Shown here: one piece after another, positions 1-9,216 of the stretch | Layout: each line of letters begins with the position of its first letter | How positions within the stretch are numbered: position 1 is the first letter of the stretch | The notes under the pieces: model-generated | What the model saw: only the letters and a program-made list of their open reading frames with translations | Database searches by the model: none | Told to the model about the DNA's origin: nothing | Source: Eledone cirrhosa | Lineage: Eukaryota | NCBI GenBank assembly: GCA_964016885.1 | Contig: CAXHJY010000379.1 | Location: forward strand, 1-31,298 | DNA: 31,298 nt | Reading direction: 5' to 3' | Position numbers and translations under genes: made by a program

Positions 1-78
1 TAATAAAAAATTGAACAGGGACAGAACAGAGAGGCAGTACGACAAATGTTTATTAGATTCACGCTCAGGAGATGGAGG

Positions 79-110
79 ACGACGTTTCGGGCATAAGCCC
101 TTCTTCAGGT
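79..110 (-). ncRNA. Minimal type I hammerhead ribozyme motif
   Basis: Minus strand reads AC-CTGAAGA-A-GGGC(TTAT)GCCC-GAAA-CG-TC|GT. Stem III is the palindrome ACGT and the cleavage triplet is GUC. Only 2 bp of stem I are evident. Confidence 0.8.
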
Positions 111-1451
111 AAGAGTTCAAAAGGTGTGTAGGGGAGTGGTGGAGAGACATATAGCGAAAGGAAACGGTGCGAATGAAAAATTAACAAATAAAGACAAAAA
201 TATAATAAATAATAAATAAAAATAAAGCATGATCAAAATACAAGGAATGAGAACAATTAAAAATAAAGGCATGATCAAAATAAACTGAAATTAAAAGGGG
301 GGTAAACAGGTGGTGGAAGGGTGTGGGGTGAGTAGAGGTGGAGGCGGGTGGAGTGGGGAGAGCGAGACGGGGTGTCCGAGCGAGGAGGGCTGAAGGTGGT
401 GTGTGTGGTTAGGTGTGCGTGTGTGTGTGTGTGTGTGTGTATGTGAAAGTGAGGGTTGGGGGAAGAACGGGGTTGCATGTTCAGGAAGGTGTGTGTGGGG
501 GGTGTTTTTGTGTGTCGGAGGGTCTGTGCGTGTGTGGATAGGGGGTGGGGGGAGAGGAATCAGGGGGCTGAGGGTGTAAATATGTGGTGGGAAGCACGTG
601 TGTGTGGTTTAAGCGTGTTGTGGGTGTGGGTGGCGTGTGGATAAAAAAATTTGTTTTGGGATGTGTGTGTGGGTGAGTTATATAGGTGATGGTGTTAGAG
701 GATGGTTGAAAAGTGGTAAGTTACACGGATGTATGGAGATTTTGGTTGGAAGCCAAAACGCGTGTGGGTAATCCAAGAAGCGGTGGTCGGAAGAGGAGAG
801 ATGTGGGGTGCGCGCGCAACAGGAAGTGGTCAGCAGTGGGAGTGCTGTGGTCAGTGGGTGCTGAGACAGTGGTCGGAAGGGCATAGCAGCAGTCAGCGGA
901 ATGGTAGGGAGGCGAGGATGGGTAGGTGTGAGAGTTGGAGTGAGGAGGGTGTGTGTGTGTGTGTGTGTGTGTATTAGTAGGGGTGTTAGTGGGATGAGTG
1001 AGTGTGGAGTGGGGAGAGAAGGGTGTGTGTGGTTCTATGGAGGGAGTGTGGTGTACTGGTGTGTGTGTAGTTTGGTGAGGAGGTGTTAGTGGGTGTTAGT
1101 AGACGGGAGGTGGGGAGGGGTGGAATGCAGGTGTGAGTGGGGGTTAGTGGGGGTAGGGTGTGTAGAGTTGGTGGTGTACGAGGGTGTGTAGGTACGTGTG
1201 CATGGGGTTGGAGGGTGTTAGTGATGTTAGTTGCGTGTGGGGTGGGTGGTGTAAGTGTGTGCGTGTGATAAGGAGGGGGGAGGAGGAGAAGAGGGGAGGG
1301 AAGGGATGTTAGTATGTTAGTTGGGGAAGGGTGGTTAGATGAGGGGTGGAGTGGGGGTGTTAGTATTGTTAGTGTGGGGTGGGCGGTGAAAAGGAGGAGT
1401 GTGTTAGTGGTGTTAGTGGGGGATAAGTGGGGGATGGGGGGCGGTCGAACG

Positions 1452-2455
1452 CTAAAGGAATAAGGGTGGGGAGTTCAGGCCGGAGGGGGTGTGGGTCTGT
1501 AAGATGAAGATAGTACGTTGTTCGACCGTGAGGCGATGGGCGGGTGTTCCGTGGCACTGGAGTAGGCCACAGACTGTGAGATGGTGTGTGGAGTGTCCAG
1601 GGCCACCAAAGTGGCGGGCGATGAGGGAACTGCCCCCGAGACGAATGTCCCGGAAGTGCTCCGTGACTCGGTCCGCCAGGCGGCATCCCGTCTGTCCGAC
1701 ATAAGTCGCGCTGCACCTCGTGCAACGAAGTCCGTAGACTAGGTTGGAGGAGGTGCAGCGGAAGGCATGCCGGACCGAGAGAGGGTGGCCGTTGGGACCC
1801 TGGAAGGTGGTGGTGTTGGTGATGTGGGGACAGGTGTTGCAGCGGGGCCTAGAACAGGGGAAGGAACCAGGGGGGGAAACGGAGCGTGGGTTGGGGGTAG
1901 GGAGCTGTGGATGAGGAGGGTGCGGAGATTGCGTGCGCGTATGAAGGAGGGGAGTGGTGGGGTTGGGAAGATGTGGGAGGTGGAGGGGTCGAACTGGAGG
2001 TGTCGGAAGAGGCGGCGGATGGTGCGGTGGAGGGGTAAGGTGGAGGGGTGGTAGGTGATGGGGAAGGGGAGACGGTGGGTGGGTGTGCGGTGGCGTGGGG
2101 TGAGGGTGGTAGAGCGGGGGATAGCACGGGCGCGGGTGAGAGCGGTGTGGACGAGAGAGGGGGGGTAACCTCTGCGGATGAAATGGCTGACTAGGGAAAG
2201 GGCTTGGGACTCGAAGTCAGCATCTCGGCTACAGAGGCGGCGGATCCTGAGAAGTTGGGAGTAGGGAAGGAAGAGGTGAAGTCGAGGTAAGAGTGGGAGT
2301 CGGTGGGTTTGAAGAAGGCGGAGGTGACGAGGGAGTGGTGGGAGGGGTCGAAGGCGACGGAGATGTCCAAGAAGTGGACGTGGGTGGTGGAGATAGAGGT
2401 GGTGAAGTGGAGGGAGGGGTGGAAGGAGCAGAAGAAGGAGAGAAAGGAGTCGAGC

Positions 2456-2460
<5 letters not shown>
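1452..2460 (-). pseudogene. Disrupted PLE ORF: RT C-terminus/thumb, Cys-rich linker and GIY-YIG endonuclease
   Basis: Manual translation across three frames gives FHPSLHFTTSISTTHVHFLDISV...FFKPTDSHSYLDFTSS, then a deletion/frameshift near 2270, then LPYSQLLRIRRLCS...RGYP...PITYHP...RNLRTLL. After a frameshift in the G7 run at 1870-1876 it reads PCSRPRCNTC...CTSSNLVYGLRCTRCSATYVGQT...RVTEH...EQRTIFILQTHTPSGLN. The TAG stop is at 1452-1454. Confidence 0.9.
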
Positions 2461-2488
<28 letters not shown>

Positions 2489-2521
2489 CAATATATATAT
2501 ATATATATATCAATATATATA

Positions 2522-2608
2522 TTTGCCTTTCATCCTTCCGTGGTCTATAAAATAAAGTACCAGTAATGAACTGGGTTATTGCTGGCCTTGTGCCTAAAGT
2601 AGAAACAA
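2522..2608 (+). mobile_element. 3' fragment of tRNA-derived SINE
   Basis: Near-identical to the 3' half of the SINE at 2787-2968 (TTTGCCTTTCATCCTT...GTACCAGT...GGCCTTGTGCCTAAAGTAGAAACAA). Confidence 0.85.
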
Positions 2609-2786
2609 ATATATAGATAAGATCCCGTTAAGGGTGAAAGCAGCGATTCTTTGCTTAAACTTTAATCTGTTATTTTAATAAATATTTGCTCTACGGTTCT
2701 TATATATTTGATATATATTTTCCTTATCGAGCCCTCTTTGGATTTTAGTCTTCAATTTTATTATTATCTATTATTACTATTATTAC

Positions 2787-2968
2787 ACGGTGGATTGGCA
2801 GTATCGGTAGAGAGTCGGACGCCATGCTTTCCAGCATAGTTACGTCCCTTTACGATCTGAGTTCAAATCCCGCCGAGGTTGACTTTGCCTTTCATCCTTA
2901 CGGGGTCGATAAAATAAAGTACCAGTAATGCACTGGGTAATTCTGGCCTTGTGCCTAAAGTAGAAACA
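2787..2968 (+). mobile_element. Full-length tRNA-derived SINE (central segment resembles the Meta/MESC-type domain)
   Basis: Pol III A box TGGCAGTATCGG at 2796-2807 and B box GTTCAAATCC at 2861-2870. Core segment GCCTTTCATCCTTACGGGGTCGATAAAATAAAGTACCAG. Flanking 17-bp duplication ATTATTACTATTATTAC at 2770-2786 and 2969-2985. The domain name is from recall. Confidence 0.88.
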
Positions 2969-2982
2969 ATTATTACTATTAT

Positions 2983-3026
<44 letters not shown>

Positions 3027-3075
3027 ATATATATATATATATTGATATATATATATATATATATATATTGATATA

Positions 3076-3363
3076 TCATCATCACCATCATCATCATCAA
3101 TGTTTAACGTCCGTGTTCCACGCTTGCATGGGTTTGGACGGGGGTTTTCCCACTTGAGGCAAGAGTGATTATCTTGCTCGCATAGGACTGTCTGGCGGGT
3201 TTTCTACAGATGGATGCCCTTCCTAACACCAACCACATTTACAGTGTGGGACTGGGACGTTTTTACCGTGTTGCCTACACAGCCACATTACAGCGTGGAC
3301 TGTGTTTTTTTTTGTCATGACACCTACACGATCTCATTTGTTTCGGCCTGGATGTTGTGGCAC
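3076..3363 (-). mobile_element. Solo 3' UTR fragment of RTE-type LINE with (TGA)n tail
   Basis: High identity to 5112-5398, which is the 3' end of the RTE at 5112-6532. A (CAT)n tract lies at 3076-3098. Confidence 0.88.
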
Positions 3364-3462
3364 ATATATTGATATATATATATCAATATATATATATATA
3401 TATCAATATATATATATATATATCAATATATATATATATATATCAATATATATATATATATA

Positions 3463-3497
<35 letters not shown>

Positions 3498-3546
3498 ATA
3501 TATATATATATATATTAATATATATATCAATATATATATATATATA

Positions 3547-3601
<55 letters not shown>

Positions 3602-3658
3602 ATATATATATATATATGTATATATTAATTATATATATATATATATTAATATATATAT
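3364..3658. repeat. Interrupted (AT)n microsatellite
   Basis: (AT)n with recurrent CA and TA unit substitutions. Confidence 0.95.
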
Positions 3659-3713
3659 ATGTAAGTATGTATGTATACGTACATACATATATGTATACAG
3701 ACGTACAGTAGCA

Positions 3714-3753
<40 letters not shown>

Positions 3754-4104
3754 CACATATGCATACAGGTACACATACATATATGCACGCATCAGTTTAG
3801 CCGACGTTTATTATAACGCAGCTTTGTTCGCTTGTTTGTCAACAAATCGAACAGCCTGAATTTATGCCATACGGTGTTAAGGCGTTCAATCTGGCAGATG
3901 GGTAAACGGTGCTGATGATAGCTAACAAGCTTGAAACTAGTACATCGTTCCTGTGTCAGTGTTGAACAAAAAGGTGACGTGGTTGCCTTAACACCGTATG
4001 GCATAAATTCAGGCTGTTCGATTTGTTGACAAACAAGCGAACAAAGCTGCGTTATAATAAACGTCGGCTAAACTGATGCGTGCATATATGTATGTGTACC
4101 TGTA

Positions 4105-4164
<60 letters not shown>

Positions 4165-4273
4165 TGCTACTGTACGTCTGTATACATATATGTATGTACG
4201 TATACATACATACTTACATTTAAGTAAGTGCCATACTAAGAGTGAGAAATGAAATTTCGTTTCCATTTTTTTC
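3659..4273 (+). mobile_element. Non-coding HHR-bearing retroelement with 5' inverted duplication (same family as 13780-14356)
   Basis: Inverted arms at 3659-3883 and 3985-4219 flank a spacer that contains an HHR. The segment 3884-4273 aligns by eye, in permuted order, with 14081-14356 and 13927-13990. Confidence 0.8.
3905..3949 (+). ncRNA. Type I hammerhead ribozyme motif
   Basis: AACGGTG-CTGATGA-T-AGCT(AACA)AGCT-T-GAAA-CTAG-TA|CATCGTT. It has a 7-bp stem I, palindromic stem III ACTAGT and a GUA triplet. Confidence 0.88.
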
Positions 4274-4330
4274 AATATATATATATATATATATAATAAA
4301 TAACAATGAACGCCTATAGCATATGCATAT

Positions 4331-4388
4331 CTTTACTTGCTAACATTGTTTCATCCACACTATAAGTGGGACTCATCAGAGCATAAAG
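4331..4388 (-). ncRNA. Hammerhead ribozyme motif (inverted copy)
   Basis: Reverse complement of 4416-4473 with one change in the stem II loop. Confidence 0.8.
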
Positions 4389-4415
4389 GTTAATTACATA
4401 TGGTATGTAATTAAC

Positions 4416-4473
4416 CTTTATGCTCTGATGAGTCCCACTTATACTGTGGATGAAACAATGTTAGCAAGTAAAG
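4416..4473 (+). ncRNA. Type I hammerhead ribozyme motif
   Basis: CTTTATGCT-CTGATGA-GTCCCAC(TTATACT)GTGGAT-GAAA-CAATG-TT|AGCA(AG)TAAAG. Stem I is bulged and the triplet is GUU. Confidence 0.82.
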
Positions 4474-4604
4474 ATATGCATATGCTATAGGCGTTCTTTG
4501 TTATTTATTATATCACGGCTCTGTCCTCAGACATCGAGCTAACCTTATACTGCCTGCTGGATAAGTGGAGTGTTATACACCCCTGATCCTCTCCCTAGTA
4601 TACT

Positions 4605-5111
<507 letters not shown>

Positions 5112-5114
<3 letters not shown>

Positions 5115-6532
5115 TCATCATCATCATCATCAACGTTTAACGTCCGTGTTCCACGCTTGCATGGGTTTGGACGGGGGTAGTCCCACTTGAGGCAAGAGTG
5201 ACTGTCTTGCTCGCATAGGACTGTCTGGCAGGTTTTCTACAGTTGGATGCCCTTCCTAACACCAACCACATTTACAGTGTGGGTCTGGGAGGTTTTTACC
5301 GTGTTGCCTACACGGCCACATTACAGCGTGGACTGTGTGTTTTTTTTGTCGTGACACCTACACGATCTCATTTGTTTCGGCCTGGATGGCGCGGCACCAA
5401 CATAACTTTACATAGAACGGGGTGGTGTGGATGGGGTGGGGGTGGTGGGGGTGGGACGGGGTGTATTTTGTTAGAGATGCCTACTGGCTGGAGTAGGTTT
5501 TACTATATATTTTTAGGTAAGGCGGGTCTTCTCTGTTACTGAGTACCGCCAAAGGTCTCGGTCCAGTGACATTGTCTTGGAGAGGTGTAAGTGTGTGATG
5601 TCGGAGTTTATCAGCTCGTCCCAGGTTTTTCTAGGTCTGCCTATTCCGTGACTACCGTCTATCTTTATTGCCCTGCACTTTGTTATACAGCTATCGACTT
5701 TCATGCGCATCACGTGTCCATACCAACGTAGCCTTCTCTCGAGTAAACAACATCTGATCCCTCTTATCTCTAATTTTTTCCTTAGTTCGTTTATGCTTTG
5801 CCGTTCACGTATATTACTGTTACACATCCAGCGGAGCATGCAAGCTTCGTTCCTCTCTAGTCTGCGTATATCCTCTGCACACAATGCCCAGGTCTCACTG
5901 CCATGCAGCATTGCTGTTCGTATGCAGGCATCGTACAACCTGCCTTTCATTTTTAGGGAGAACCCTTTAGCAGCTAATAGTGGTATAAGCTCTCTGAACT
6001 TTTTCCAACCAGTTCTGACTCTAGCTACAGTACTTTCAGAGCACCCTCCCCCACTGCTGATTTTATCGCCCAGGTAACGGAAGCTGTCCACTATTTCTAT
6101 AGAACCCTCTGCGCAATTGAAAGAGCTAGTATTTTGTGGGCACTTGCTGCTACTTATTGCACCAGAACACCGGCCACATGTAAAATCTATGTTCTTAGTT
6201 AGCTTACCTGTGATCCCACTACATCTTTTATGCACCCATACTTTGCATTTAGGACATAAAATGGAGTTTCTACCTACGCCTTTCCTACACACCGAGCACG
6301 ACCATTTCCCAGAAGGGCCCGCCGCCTTGTTTTCTTTCCTACAAACTAGAACTTTGGTCTTAGCCAGGTTAATTTTAAGTCCTTTTGACTCTAGGCCATG
6401 CTTCCATGTTTGGAATTTCTTCTCTAGCTCGGCCATTGATTCCGCTATGAGTGTCAGGTCGTCTGCGTATAGGAGTTCCCATGGGCAGCCTGTCTTGAAC
6501 TCCTCTGTTATAGCCTGAAGGGCAATAATAAA
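5112..6532 (-). mobile_element. 5'-truncated RTE-clade LINE
   Basis: Contains an open RT C-terminal frame, a ~380-bp 3' UTR and a (TGA)n tail at 5112-5131. Both ends lie in (AT)n. Confidence 0.92.
5513..6532 (-). CDS. RTE reverse transcriptase C-terminal fragment with an embedded C4HC3 PHD finger (no true start codon)
   Basis: The frame extends upstream of the tracked ORF as FIIALQAITEEFKTGCPWELLYADDL (YADD at 6458-6469). It continues through GLKINLAKTK, CSVC...CPKC...HKRC...[29 protein letters not shown] and GRPRKTW. Confidence 0.88.
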   Translation of the reverse strand, partial: FIIALQAITEEFKTGCPWELLYADDLTLIAESMAELEKKFQTWKHGLESKGLKINLAKTKVLVCRKENKAAGPSGKWSCSVCRKGVGRNSILCPKCKVWVHKRCSGITGKLTKNIDFTCGRCSGAISSSKCPQNTSSFNCAEGSIEIVDSFRYLGDKISSGGGCSESTVARVRTGWKKFRELIPLLAAKGFSLKMKGRLYDACIRTAMLHGSETWALCAEDIRRLERNEACMLRWMCNSNIRERQSINELRKKLEIRGIRCCLLERRLRWYGHVMRMKVDSCITKCRAIKIDGSHGIGRPRKTWDELINSDITHLHLSKTMSLDRDLWRYSVTEKTRLT

Positions 6533-6646
6533 TATATATATATATCAATATATATATATATATATATATATCAATATATATATATATATATCAATATATA
6601 TATATATATCAATATATATATATATATATATATATATCAATATATA

Positions 6647-6989
6647 TAATTTCTGAAGACGGCGTATATATGTGTTGGTATGTATATTTAATCTTGATAG
6701 TTTGTATAATTTTGTATAATTTTGTACATAGATCTGTTGAATATGCATGCCAATTCTAACACATATATATCCTAGAAACGATCGTTAAATAATGAACTTT
6801 TTTTGTTTAATATAAGGAACTGTTTCATTGTTTATTCATTATTTGTTTAATATTTTATCTTGACTCTGTATACCGTTTATCTTTCACCGAAAGTGATTTT
6901 TCATTACATCTCTTCTTTCCATGATATCTGGAATACATTGAGTTCTTCATACGGATTGGACACTACCGTAAACTCTTGGTAGATTTATC

Positions 6990-6992
<3 letters not shown>
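6647..6992 (+). mobile_element. PLE-type 3' end remnant (HHR plus tail) in (AT)n
   Basis: An HHR followed by ~200 bp of AT-rich tail, bounded by (AT)n on both sides. Confidence 0.55.
6649..6790 (+). ncRNA. Hammerhead ribozyme motif with ~115-nt stem II hairpin
   Basis: ATTT-CTGAAGA-[6660-6774]-GAAA-CGATCG-TT|AAAT. The insert pairs as TATATATGTGTTGG/CTAACACATATATA and GTATGTATATTTAA/TTGAATATGCATGC. Stem III is the palindrome ACGATCGT. Confidence 0.72.
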
Positions 6993-7080
<88 letters not shown>

Positions 7081-7097
7081 ATATATATATATATATA

Positions 7098-7682
7098 ATG
7101 GCAACATCGTTTAAATCTCGATTGTATAGGCATTCTTACTCAATAAAACACCAGAGCCAAAGAAATGTAACAACTTTAGCAGAAAAAGCTTGGACGCTCA
7201 GGGATAGCGATCAAAAGTTTACCCTAAAATGGGAGAAATTAGCTAAAACCCAAAGCTTTTCCAGGAGCCAAAATTTCTGCAAATTGTGTAATCTTGAGAT
7301 TTATTACATAATCACACACAAGAAGAAACTGCTGAATAACAGAATTGAACGAACATTATTCTGCCGTCACAGAACTAAAACCCTTTTTTCCCACTACAAG
7401 CTGAATATTACATACAAGAGGGACATCCCCCAACTATATAAACCTTAATCTAGTTAGAAAAATATAAAAACAATCTCTTCTCAACATATATTAATAACCT
7501 TAAATTACCACACTAATAATGGAAAGATATGCTGATGAGAATAGGTGCAAATATGCGATAATGAATGTGTCTAAAAACGTCCATAAGTATGTATATATAT
7601 GTGAAAATGTATATAAATAAGTAAATATATATATATGTTTGATGTGTATAGTTAGATGTAAGTGTATTCATGTATTAAAGTG

Positions 7683-7685
<3 letters not shown>
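7098..7685 (+). mobile_element. Naiad-like PLE 3' fragment (C-terminal half of GIY-YIG plus 3' UTR)
   Basis: ORF 7098-7448 reads SFKSRLYRH...TTLAEKAW...LKWEKL...FCKLCNLE...LLNNRIE...CRHR and is colinear with the endonuclease at ~10520-10829. A degenerate HHR lies in the UTR. Confidence 0.82.
7528..7585 (+). ncRNA. Degenerate hammerhead motif (probably inactive)
   Basis: TATG-CTGATGA-GA...TC-TA-AAAA-CG-TC|CATA. Stem I and the ACGT palindrome are intact, but GAAA reads AAAA. Confidence 0.5.
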
Positions 7686-7732
<47 letters not shown>

Positions 7733-7733
<1 letters not shown>

Positions 7734-7918
7734 GTTAATCCGGGTTGAATCGGAGGTAACCACAGTAAGTAAGGTACTCAATACATAGCAGAGTATAAAA
7801 GTTTTAATATAGATGAGATTCTACAGGACTAGAACTGTTTCATTCATTAGAAATCATCAGGAATCAGATTCCTGATGATTTCTAATGAATGAAACAGTTC
7901 TAGTCCTGTAGAATCTCA

Positions 7919-7925
<7 letters not shown>
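7733..7925 (-). mobile_element. Short PLE-type 3' end with perfect 59-bp fold-back containing degenerate HHR copies
   Basis: Arms at 7807-7865 and 7867-7925 with a 1-nt spacer. The motif CTGATGA-T-TTC(TAAT)GAA-T-GAAA-CAGTTC-TA lies at 7872-7902 and is mirrored on the minus strand. A unique tail occupies 7733-7806. Confidence 0.7.
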
Positions 7926-7973
<48 letters not shown>

Positions 7974-8547
7974 ATATGTGTGTATGTATGTGTATGTGTG
8001 TACACATGGACTAGAGTATGTATGTATATATGTGTGTGTCTATACGTGTGTATATAAAGATAAGTTGAGTATGAAAATGTATACACATGAGCGCGTATGT
8101 ATGTACATGAATACATGTGTGTATATATATGTGTATGCATGTGTATATATATGTAAGTATGAATATGTGAATTGTGAGTATATGTATTTTGTAGAGGTGT
8201 GCAAATATATTTGTGTGTGAATGCGTGGGTGAAAGGATACGTACACTTGAAAGAAAAATTTAAGTCTGAATGTTAATTAAGTGCAAACACAAAACCAACC
8301 ACGCATATCTTCACTATCTCTAATCCTTCTATAGATTTAGAAAAATAACCAATAATATATTCTATAAAAAATGTCAAAACAACAGATGGGAATCTAATTA
8401 CTCACTGCCACCAAGAATTCTCACTGCTATCGAAAAACCACTCCTTCAACTATTCTTCTAACAACTTCACCCCTCCCTCCTAATATTCTCTATAAAAACT
8501 AAATAGGTCCTCAGTAATATTATTCTGATGAAATGACAGTAAATAAT

Positions 8548-8730
8548 TGTTTCTACTTTTGGCACAAGGCCAGCAATTACCCAGTACATTACTGGTACTT
8601 TATTTTATCGACCCCGTAAGGATGAAAGGCAAAGTTAACCTCGGCGGGATTTGAACTCAGAATGGCAAGGGCCGTAACTCTATGCGTCAAAGCATACCGT
8701 CCGACTCTCTACCGATACTGCCAATCCACC
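8548..8730 (-). mobile_element. Full-length tRNA-derived SINE
   Basis: Reverse-complement homologue of 2787-2968 with A and B boxes. A 15-bp TSD ATGACAGTAAATAAT lies at 8533-8547 and 8731-8745. Confidence 0.92.
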
Positions 8731-8743
8731 ATGACAGTAAATA

Positions 8744-8894
8744 ATAACATTGAAATATTGAATGTCTGCATAACTAAAAGTTTGTAGATAGCAGCTGTTT
8801 TAGGTTATGTAACTGTTATAACATTGAAATATTGAATGTCTGCATAACTAAAAGTTTGTAGATAGCAGCTGTTTTAGGTTATGTAACTGTTATA
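8744..8894. repeat. Perfect 74-bp tandem duplication
   Basis: 8744-8817 equals 8818-8891, with ATA microhomology at the junctions. Confidence 0.92.
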
Positions 8895-9169
8895 GAAACA
8901 CGTGTCAATAAATTCCTTTCAACTAAACTGTATCCATTCAAATCTTTCTATATCAATATAGTATTAAGGGTACTATTTATGGTTATGTATGCAATAAAAC
9001 CTTTGATGGTAATATATTATATATACACAAACTCTAAATAGTGAGAGATAGTCTTTAATTACTATCCTATTACCAGTAAGTTAAATAGCTCAATGTAATA
9101 ACATCAGTTGTTATACAGAGCAGTTATATAGAGATTACAGTAATCAAAGTTCAGTTTAAGTCATTTATT

Positions 9170-9216
9170 TGCTTACAATTGTTTCCTCCAAACCGAGGTT
9201 TGGATTCTTCGGAGCA
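9170..9216 (-). ncRNA. Hammerhead motif, CCGAAGA variant (inverted copy)
   Basis: Exact reverse complement of 12392-12438. Confidence 0.7.

Larger units (their letters stand above)
1..2460 (-). mobile_element. 5'-truncated Penelope-like retroelement, probably Neptune clade (RT C-terminus, GIY-YIG endonuclease, long 3' UTR with HHR)
   Basis: The minus strand encodes PLE RT and endonuclease motifs (see 1452-2460). A low-complexity 3' UTR follows, with an HHR at 79-110 and an AATAAA just downstream. The 5' end abuts (AT)n at 2461. Confidence 0.88.
4291..4604 (+). mobile_element. Short PLE-type 3' end with 110-bp fold-back
   Basis: Inverted arms at 4291-4400 and 4404-4513 (2 mismatches, 3-nt spacer), each containing an HHR. 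A unique tail runs to ~4604, and (AT)n flanks both sides. Confidence 0.75.
8520..8911 (+). ncRNA. Long-stem-II hammerhead motif interrupted by a SINE and a tandem duplication
   Basis: TTATT-CTGATGA-A-ATGACAGT...ACTGTTAT-A-GAAA-CACGTG-TC|AATAA. It has a 5-bp stem I, an 8-bp base of stem II, the palindrome ACACGTGT and a GUC triplet. Confidence 0.7.
8262..9120 (+). mobile_element. Old Naiad-like PLE 3' fragment (last endonuclease codons plus 3' UTR with interrupted HHR)
   Basis: Bases 8262-8323 read KSE, a 1-nt frameshift, then CKHKTNHAYLHYL*, matching the KSEVFANCQHR and CRHR termini of the other copies. HHR halves lie at 8520-8540 and 8886-8911. Boundaries are approximate. Confidence 0.5.

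Noticed and set aside
275-1725. Short Pro/His/Thr- or Val/Gly-rich ORFs
   Set aside because: They come from the low-complexity PLE 3' UTR or off-frame readings. The real GIY-YIG frame lacks a start codon and is absent from the track.
2612-2660. Partial HHR (AAGA-TCCC..GGGT-GAAA-GCAGC)
   Set aside because: The CTGA box and stem I are missing. It may be a truncated PLE tail, but it cannot be supported as a ribozyme.
2787-2875. Functional tRNA gene
   Set aside because: A and B boxes are present, but there is no cloverleaf, the spacing is long, and the sequence continues into a SINE body with TSDs.
5703-6518. Plus-strand ORFs overlapping the RTE (also 14945-15625), and ORFs at 9222-9514 and 12099-12386
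   Set aside because: They are antisense shadows of the RT frame or chance ORFs in the inverted repeat, with no recognisable motifs.
8525-8762. Alternative short HHR using the GAAA at ~8752 (AATG/CATT stem II)
   Set aside because: Stem I and the cleavage triplet fit poorly. The GAAA-CACGTG-TC at 8895 gives a much better fold.
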